Assembly: GCF_016127575.1 (NCBI RefSeq)
Contig: NZ_CP066019.1
Location: 60,001-92,000, forward strand
Source: Cupriavidus necator
GTDB taxonomy: Bacteria; Pseudomonadota; Gammaproteobacteria; Burkholderiales; Burkholderiaceae
DNA: 32,000 nucleotides
Direction of reading: 5' to 3'
This document shows positions 19,117 to 25,060 of the stretch, one piece after another. Below the pieces are notes generated by a model. The model had not been told where the DNA came from. It searched no databases and saw only the letters and a program-made list of their open reading frames with translations. Made by a program: the position numbers and the translations under genes. Position 1 is the stretch's first letter. Each line of letters starts with the position of its first letter.

Positions 19117-20277
19117 TCAGAACTGGTGACGCAGGCCGGCCATGACCGTGGTCTGGTTGTCGCGCCCGTCCAGCGGCTTGCCGCTGCCGCCGGTCCAGTT
19201 GGTGGTGTTGTTGCCGAACAGGCCCGACCAGCCGCCGCGCACCCAGTCATAGGCCACCGCCAGGTAGGCATCGGTGCGCTTGCTGAACGCATAGCCGGCC
19301 ACGCCGTATGCCGTGGTGCGGTTGCCGCTGAAGTTGTCGGCGCGGGTGCGGTTGTGCATCATGCTGGCGGTCAGCGTGACGTTGCCCGGGACGGCGTAGT
19401 TGGCGCCCAGCGTGAAGAAGTCGTCGCGCCGGCTGCTGCCGAAGACCGAGTTGATGGCGGCGCGGTTGGTGGCCGTGGCGGCGGTCGACATGCTGGTGAT
19501 GGTGGCCGTGTCGGTGCCGCCCTTCGATGAATCGAAGGCGGCGTCGCGGTCGCTGTAGATGTAGTTGGCAAACAGGTTGGCGCGTCCGACCGCGGCCTTC
19601 AGGCCGGCCATGTAGATGCGCGCGGCGCGGCTCTGGCTGTCGCGGGTCTGCTGGAAGTCGCCGATGGCGGTGATCGGGCCGGCGGCGTACTTCAGGCCCA
19701 GCGACATCGACGAGGTCGCCTTGCTGTTGCCCGGGGTTTCGCCCAGCGCGTATTCGGCGATGACGGACACCGGGCCGAAGTTGCCGGTATAGCTGACGGC
19801 ATTGTCATAGCGCTGGCCGGTCAGGTAAACCATCCAGGAGTTCGACGGCGCCGCGCCCACGCCGAGCGGATCGACGTAGTACAGCATGGTGTTGGCCGTG
19901 GTGTACTGCCGGCCCAGTGCCAGATCGCCCCACTGGTTGCCGATCTTCACGTAGGCCTGGCGCCCGAACAGCTGGCCCTGCTGGTCCAGCCTGCCGGTGT
20001 CGGCCAGGAAGCCGTTTTCCAGCACGAAGCCGGCTTTCACGCCGCCGCCCAGGTCCTCGGTGCCCTTCAGGCCGAAGCGGCTGCCCGACAGGAAGCCTTC
20101 GCCGCCCTGCTGCAGCCCGATCTGGGCATCGCCCGCCGGGTTCGAATGGGTCTGGTAGGTAAGCGCGGTGTCGATCACGCCGTACAGCGTCACCCCGGAC
20201 CGCGCCATCGCGGCGGCCGGCAGGCCCAGCAGCAACGGCAGTGCCAGGCGGGCGGCGTGGCGAATGGTGTGGCTCAT
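19117..20277 (-). CDS. outer-membrane porin (Burkholderiales OmpC-like / Porin_4 type), embedded in the peptide-utilisation cluster
   Basis: 386 aa from ATG 20277 with SD GGAGGAGA. Signal peptide ends ...LPAAAMA/RSG. Motifs present: GVTLYGVIDT, SRFGLKGTEDLGGG and FGRQAYVKIG..WGDLALGRQYT. The C-terminus is ...AGLRHQF. Confidence 0.9.
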   Translation of the reverse strand: MSHTIRHAARLALPLLLGLPAAAMARSGVTLYGVIDTALTYQTHSNPAGDAQIGLQQGGEGFLSGSRFGLKGTEDLGGGVKAGFVLENGFLADTGRLDQQGQLFGRQAYVKIGNQWGDLALGRQYTTANTMLYYVDPLGVGAAPSNSWMVYLTGQRYDNAVSYTGNFGPVSVIAEYALGETPGNSKATSSMSLGLKYAAGPITAIGDFQQTRDSQSRAARIYMAGLKAAVGRANLFANYIYSDRDAAFDSSKGGTDTATITSMSTAATATNRAAINSVFGSSRRDDFFTLGANYAVPGNVTLTASMMHNRTRADNFSGNRTTAYGVAGYAFSKRTDAYLAVAYDWVRGGWSGLFGNNTTNWTGGSGKPLDGRDNQTTVMAGLRHQF

Positions 20278-20411
20278 GTTGTTTTCTCCTCCAAAAGGCA
20301 AAAGGGGGCCCGCGCGGGCGGCACTGCGCGGCCCGCGGGGCGGTTTTCTCTTTGTTGTGCCCGGGACCGGCCCGGGTCAGTGCGTCAGCGGCTCAGGGCA
20401 GTGCCGCCGGC

Positions 20412-21167
20412 TCAGGCAGCAAATCCCGGCCAGTCCTGCATTCCGGCCGGACCGGTGATCTGCGACAGCGGGAAGATCTCGCCCTCGCGAATCGTTTCGA
20501 CCTTGCCTTCGGCCGGAAACCACAGCGCATGGCGCTCGCCCAGCACGGTGCCGCGGGTGCCGTCCGAGAACAGCGCCGAACCCTCCGGCAGCGCAAACAC
20601 CTGCTCCGGCGCGTTGATGTGCAGGAACTCGGCCAGGCGCTCTTCGCGGCTTTCGCCGTTGTGGCCGGCGGGCTTGCCGCTGATGAAGTGCGGGTTGATC
20701 TGGAACGGCACCAGCCCCAGCGCGCGCAGCGACGGCGGCTGCACGATGGGCATGTCGTTGGTGGTGCGGATGGTCGGGCAGGCGACGTTGCTGCCGGCGC
20801 TCCAGCCCACGTATGGCGTGCCCGCGCGCACCCTGGCGCGGATTGCGTCGACGATGCCGGCGTCGTACATGCGCTTGAGCAGCGCAAAGGTGTTGCCGCC
20901 GCCCACCGCGATGGCCTCGGCCTGCTCCACGGCGCGCAGCGGATCGGCGCTGTGGTGGATCGATTCGAGCGCGTAGCCCAGCGTCTCGAACACCGGCTTG
21001 ACCATGCCTTCATAGGTGTCGAAGCTGAAGGTCACGCCGGCGAACGGCACGAACAGCACCTTGCGCGGCTCGCGCCTGAGCAGCGTGTGGATCTGCTCGC
21101 CGGCGTGCTCGAGGTAGCCGAGGTTGTCCTTGCGCGAGCTGCTCATCAGGAGGATGCGTTGGGTCAT
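20412..21167 (-). CDS. pepE: peptidase S51, dipeptidase E-like (alpha-aspartyl dipeptidase)
   Basis: 251 aa. Motifs: ILLMSSS...LEH, AIAVGGGNTFALL, nucleophile elbow YVGWSAGSNVA and FQINPHF (His), as in enteric PepE. It carries about 25 extra residues at the C-terminus. Confidence 0.8.
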   Translation of the reverse strand: MTQRILLMSSSRKDNLGYLEHAGEQIHTLLRREPRKVLFVPFAGVTFSFDTYEGMVKPVFETLGYALESIHHSADPLRAVEQAEAIAVGGGNTFALLKRMYDAGIVDAIRARVRAGTPYVGWSAGSNVACPTIRTTNDMPIVQPPSLRALGLVPFQINPHFISGKPAGHNGESREERLAEFLHINAPEQVFALPEGSALFSDGTRGTVLGERHALWFPAEGKVETIREGEIFPLSQITGPAGMQDWPGFAA

Positions 21168-21211
21168 GTCTTGGTTTCCGTCAGGAGAGTCTGGTGAAGT
21201 TCAATGCGCGA

Positions 21212-22405
21212 TCAGGCGATCGCGGCGCGGATCAGCGCGGCGACGCGGTCGATCTCTTCATGCGTGTTGAAGTAGTGCAGCGAGACGCGCGCCATGGTGG
21301 ACACGCCATGGCGCGCCAGGATGGCGTCGGCCATGAAGTTGCCGGCCTCGATGATGCATTGCTGCGTTTCCAGCGCGGCGACGATGCGCGCCGGGTCCAC
21401 GCCGCGCACATTGAACGGCACGATGCCGATGCGGTTGGCCACGTCGGCCGGGCCGTACAGCTCGAAGCCGGGGGTCGACGAGAACTTCGCCACCGCGTAC
21501 TCGGTCAGGTCGCGCACACGCGCTTCGATGGCGTCGATGCCGATGGCGGCGGCGTAATCGATGGCGGTGCCCATGCCGAGGATCGCCGGCACGATCGGGC
21601 AGCCAGCCTCGAAGCGCCTGGCGCCAGCGACAAGGGACAGCGCGCCCGTGGCACGGTCATAGGCGCCGTTCCACCAGCCCACCAGCGCGGGCTCGACCTG
21701 CTCGATCAGCGCGCGGCGCACATACAGGAAGCCCGAGCCCTCGGTCGCGCGCAGCGCCTTGCGGCCGCAGCCTGCCAGGAAATCGCAGTCCAGCTCGGCC
21801 ACGTCCGAGCGCAGCATGCCCACGCTCTGTGCCGCATTGACCAGCGACAGCACGCCATGGCGGCGCGCCAGCGCGCAGATCTGCGCGGCCGGCTGCACCG
21901 CACCCGTGGAATTGGGCAGGTGCGAGAAGGTGAGCAGGCGCGTGCGCGAGGTCACGGCGGCCTCGAACGCCGCGGGCGACAGCAGTCCTTCGGCATTGGC
22001 CGCGACCATCTTCACGACGATGCCGTGCGATTGCTCCAGCCGGCGCCAGGGCAGCAGGTTGCTCAGCATCTCGGTGTCAGCCACCAGCACTTCGTCACCG
22101 GCCTTCCAGGCGATGCCGCGCGCGACGATCGAGATGCTCTCGGTGGCGTTCTTGGTGAAGGCGACTTCGTCGGCGGCGCAGTTGAGCAGTCCGGCCAGCT
22201 TGCCGCGCACCGCTTCCACGCGCGCATAGGTCTCTTTGCGGAAGGCCGGCAGGTAGATGCCGACGTGGCCGGTATCGAGCAGGTAGCTGCGCACGGTATC
22301 GAGCACCGCGTCGGGCGGCAACGAGGCCGCGGCGGTGTCGAGATAGATGGTGGAGGCCGTCAGCGGGGTGTCGGCGCGGATCGCCTGGATGGCTTGGATA
22401 TCCAT
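21212..22405 (-). CDS. class V aminotransferase-fold PLP enzyme, cysteine-desulfurase-like but lacking the catalytic Cys
   Basis: 397 aa from ATG 22405. FSHLPNSTGAVQP...LVNAAQSVG...LDCDFLAGCGRKAL aligns to SufS HVSNVLGT...DGAQA...LDCDFYVFSGHKLYG, placing the PLP Lys at K216. The C-terminal IIEAGNFMADAIL...ARVSLHYFNTHEEIDRV aligns to SufS VRTGHHCAMPL...CRASLAMYNTHEEVDRL, with Met in place of the Cys. Confidence 0.8.
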   Translation of the reverse strand: MDIQAIQAIRADTPLTASTIYLDTAAASLPPDAVLDTVRSYLLDTGHVGIYLPAFRKETYARVEAVRGKLAGLLNCAADEVAFTKNATESISIVARGIAWKAGDEVLVADTEMLSNLLPWRRLEQSHGIVVKMVAANAEGLLSPAAFEAAVTSRTRLLTFSHLPNSTGAVQPAAQICALARRHGVLSLVNAAQSVGMLRSDVAELDCDFLAGCGRKALRATEGSGFLYVRRALIEQVEPALVGWWNGAYDRATGALSLVAGARRFEAGCPIVPAILGMGTAIDYAAAIGIDAIEARVRDLTEYAVAKFSSTPGFELYGPADVANRIGIVPFNVRGVDPARIVAALETQQCIIEAGNFMADAILARHGVSTMARVSLHYFNTHEEIDRVAALIRAAIA

Positions 22406-22429
22406 GGAACGTCTCGGGTAATGACAGGC

Positions 22430-22450
22430 GGGACGCGGCGACCGCGCCCC
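22430..22450 (-). other. stem-loop between the OPT and PLP-enzyme cistrons
   Basis: GGGACGCGG-cga-CCGCGCCCC forms a 9-bp stem with one A.C mismatch and a 3-nt loop, in the 67-nt spacer. Confidence 0.3.
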
Positions 22451-22472
22451 GAGGTAAGACTCAGTTGCGCAC

Positions 22473-24080
22473 TTACTTGCGCAGCTTGGTGACGGAGCCG
22501 AAGAAGCTGAACAGGGCGTCGCCGGCAATCACGCCGCCGGCGAAGGCGCTCATCTCGGCCACGTGCTTGTCGCCGCGCAGGCGCTGCAGCACGAAGCGGA
22601 TCGCGAGGCCTGCCAGCACTGCCCAGCCGGCCAGCGGCGAGGCAATCAGCATGCCGGTGGAGAGCAGGATGCCAAGCTGGCGCCTGGAGCCGCCGATCAG
22701 CTGCAGCAGCGCGCCGGGGATGGCCCAGATCACCAGGTTGCGGGCAATCTCCGCCGACGAGCCCGCCTTGATCGAGGCCGCGTAGACGCGGTCCACCGGC
22801 GGGATCATGTTCTGCGCGAAGAAGGTGCCGTGGAACACCAGCACTACCATCGCGGCCACGGCAAAGCCGATCATCGCGGCCAGGAACTGCTGCTTGCGCC
22901 CGGCCAGCTCGGCCTCCATGTCGCGGCCTTCGCCGCGCAGCAGGTAGCCGGTCTTGAGGTCGTAGCCCATGTCGGCAAAGGCCGGGCCGGTGGCGGCGGA
23001 GAAACCCACCAGCACCGCCAGCGCCGTCGGCGGGAAGCCGATCAGGATGCCGATGGTCAGCGTGATCAGCGCTACCGCGAAGGCCGGGAACCAGCCCGAA
23101 TGCATCGCCGCGATGCCGACGATCAGCTCATGCACATAGGCGGCAAAGGCGGCATAGAGCACGAACACCACCAGCATGCCCAGCGACATGTCCGAGACAT
23201 GGCCGGCCAGCACCGAGATCAGCAGCGCAATCGCCAGGTAGATCAGGAAGCCGCCCGACAGGATGCGGCTGGCGCGCGAGGCCGGGACTTCGATGGTGCA
23301 CGTGTCCGCGGCCGGGGCATGGCGCGCGCGGCGGATCTCATTGGCGACCTGGAACAGCGCGACGATGCCCGCGCCGATCATCAGCCCGTGCGGGATATAG
23401 GCCTTGGCGATGTCGATGCCGGTCAGCGCCACCGAATAGCCGCGCACCAGCAGGCCAATGCCGAACATGGTCAGTGCCGCCAGGTTGCCCAGGAAGGCCG
23501 CGCCGAACGCGGACATCGGCACGCCCAGCCAGGCGCCGCCCACGCCCACGGCAATGCCCAGCCCCAGGAACGCGGCCTTGCGCCCGCCGCGGTCGCCAGC
23601 CCAGATGGCCTCGGCCGTGGCGATGCCGGCCGGCCAGGTGCCGGTGGCGGGAAAGATCCTGCTGCCGAAGAGGAAGTACAGCATGGCGCCGTCAACGAAC
23701 ATGGCGATCACCGCGCCGATCAGCATCGGCGTGGCCAGTTCCGGCATGCCCATCGCGTATGGCACGCCGATCGGGATCATCAGCGAGTTGGCGGCGCCGA
23801 AGGTGGCCGACGAGATTGCCGTCTGCACCAGGTTCTGCCGCTCCAGCACGCGGAAGCGCCGCGTGATCTCCAGCGGGATGCGCGAGAACACGATCGCGAT
23901 CAGCGCGCCGATGATCGAGGTGTTGGCCGAGATCCCCAGCGACACGATCAGCTGCATGCCGATCATGGCGCCGAACACCGACAGCCCCACGGAGACCAGC
24001 AGCAGCAAGGGCTCCATGAAGCGTGTCCGTGTTGCAGGCTGCGCCGCCATCGGCGCGTTCAGTTGTGTTGGCATGGTCAT
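22473..24080 (-). CDS. OPT-superfamily oligopeptide transporter (inner membrane)
   Basis: 535 aa. The protein is Gly-rich and polytopic, with roughly 14 hydrophobic helices spanning its whole length. It resembles bacterial OPT/YSL-type transporters, a call made from memory. SD GGGGAG lies upstream of ATG 24080. Confidence 0.65.
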   Translation of the reverse strand: MTMPTQLNAPMAAQPATRTRFMEPLLLLVSVGLSVFGAMIGMQLIVSLGISANTSIIGALIAIVFSRIPLEITRRFRVLERQNLVQTAISSATFGAANSLMIPIGVPYAMGMPELATPMLIGAVIAMFVDGAMLYFLFGSRIFPATGTWPAGIATAEAIWAGDRGGRKAAFLGLGIAVGVGGAWLGVPMSAFGAAFLGNLAALTMFGIGLLVRGYSVALTGIDIAKAYIPHGLMIGAGIVALFQVANEIRRARHAPAADTCTIEVPASRASRILSGGFLIYLAIALLISVLAGHVSDMSLGMLVVFVLYAAFAAYVHELIVGIAAMHSGWFPAFAVALITLTIGILIGFPPTALAVLVGFSAATGPAFADMGYDLKTGYLLRGEGRDMEAELAGRKQQFLAAMIGFAVAAMVVLVFHGTFFAQNMIPPVDRVYAASIKAGSSAEIARNLVIWAIPGALLQLIGGSRRQLGILLSTGMLIASPLAGWAVLAGLAIRFVLQRLRGDKHVAEMSAFAGGVIAGDALFSFFGSVTKLRK

Positions 24081-24143
24081 TTGTCCACTGCTCCCCGTAG
24101 TGTTGTCTGGTTTTGTCTGTTGTATGTGATGCCTTGCGCGCGC

Positions 24144-24857
24144 TCAGCGCATGAAACCCGCCACCGGGCCGATGGTGTTGCGCGCGGTGCGCAGCGCCTC
24201 CAGCAAGCGCGGCACAGCTTCAGGCGTCAGGCGCTGCAGCGGGCCGGCGATGGCCAGCGATCCCACCACCGCCCGGGTGTCGCGGTGGCGCAGCGGCAGC
24301 GCCAGCCCGGCCACCGTGGCGGCGGATTCCTCGCAGGTGTAGGCCCAGCCGTCGGCGCGGATCTGCGCCAGCCGTGCTTCCGGCTCGGGCGCGTCGCCCG
24401 TTACCTGGCGCCGGAACGCTTCCGGCTGGAATGCCAGGATGGCCTTGGCGTGCGCGCCCGCGTCCAGCGAGAAGCGCTGGCCCACTTCGATCGAAAAGCG
24501 CAGCTGGTGCTGGCTCTGGGCGATATCCGTGCACAAGCCCTCGCCACCGTCCAGCCACGACAGGAACACGGTCTCGCCGCATTCGCGCGCCAGCGCTTCC
24601 AGCGCCGGTTGCACCACCTCGGCCGGCGAAAACGTCTTGCGCATCACTTGTCCCAGCTCGAACCAGCGCAACCCCAGGCCGTAGCGGCCAAGCGCGTCCT
24701 GCACCAGGAAGCCGTTGGCGGCAAAGGTCGCCAGCGCGCGGTGCACCACGGCGTGGTGCACGCCGCTGTAGCGCGCCAGTTCGCGCACGCCCCAGCTGGG
24801 CTGGCGGGCGGTGAAGTGGGTCAACAGCGCCAGGGCGCCGTCCAGGGTCTTGAGCAT
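24144..24857 (-). CDS. IclR-family transcriptional regulator (copy 1)
   Basis: 237 aa. N-terminal wHTH LKTLDGALALLTHFTARQPSWGVRELARYSGVHHAVVHRALATFAANGFLVQD plus an IclR effector domain (GETVFLSWLDG...RFSIEVGQRFSLDAGAHAKAILAF...VAGLALPL...SLAIAGP). It is about 75% identical in protein sequence to copy 2. Confidence 0.9.
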   Translation of the reverse strand: MLKTLDGALALLTHFTARQPSWGVRELARYSGVHHAVVHRALATFAANGFLVQDALGRYGLGLRWFELGQVMRKTFSPAEVVQPALEALARECGETVFLSWLDGGEGLCTDIAQSQHQLRFSIEVGQRFSLDAGAHAKAILAFQPEAFRRQVTGDAPEPEARLAQIRADGWAYTCEESAATVAGLALPLRHRDTRAVVGSLAIAGPLQRLTPEAVPRLLEALRTARNTIGPVAGFMR

Positions 24858-24882
24858 GGCGGGTGGTTGCGTCGACTGTTTG

Positions 24883-24919
24883 TGTCTCTATATAAGAGAC
24901 AGCGTCTCTGATACAGAGA
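24883..24919. promoter_or_regulatory. two adjacent inverted repeats sharing GTCTCT/AGAGAC half-sites (candidate IclR operator)
   Basis: IR1 is TGTCTCT-atata-AGAGACA (24883-24901). IR2 is TCTCTG-ata-CAGAGA (24905-24919). They sit in an AT-rich patch 26-62 bp upstream of the IclR-1 ATG, in the spacer shared with the divergent patatin-like gene. Confidence 0.45.
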
Positions 24920-25060
24920 AATGCTAGGCTTGGTCCCGGCTCTCAACAATCAGGGTTAACGTGGGGCCGGCTGGCCGCGCCGGGCGAATGCCGGCGGCGG
25001 CAACGGCGGAGCGCCGCCGCCTATACTTGGCGCAGACCGACTGTTACCGGGAGGACGCGC

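Noticed and set aside
22563-24911. 782-aa plus-strand ORF spanning the OPT transporter and IclR-1 regions
   Set aside because: It is antisense to two well-supported genes. The product is Arg/Gly/Ala/His-rich with no recognisable domains. Stop-poor antisense frames are expected at this GC content.
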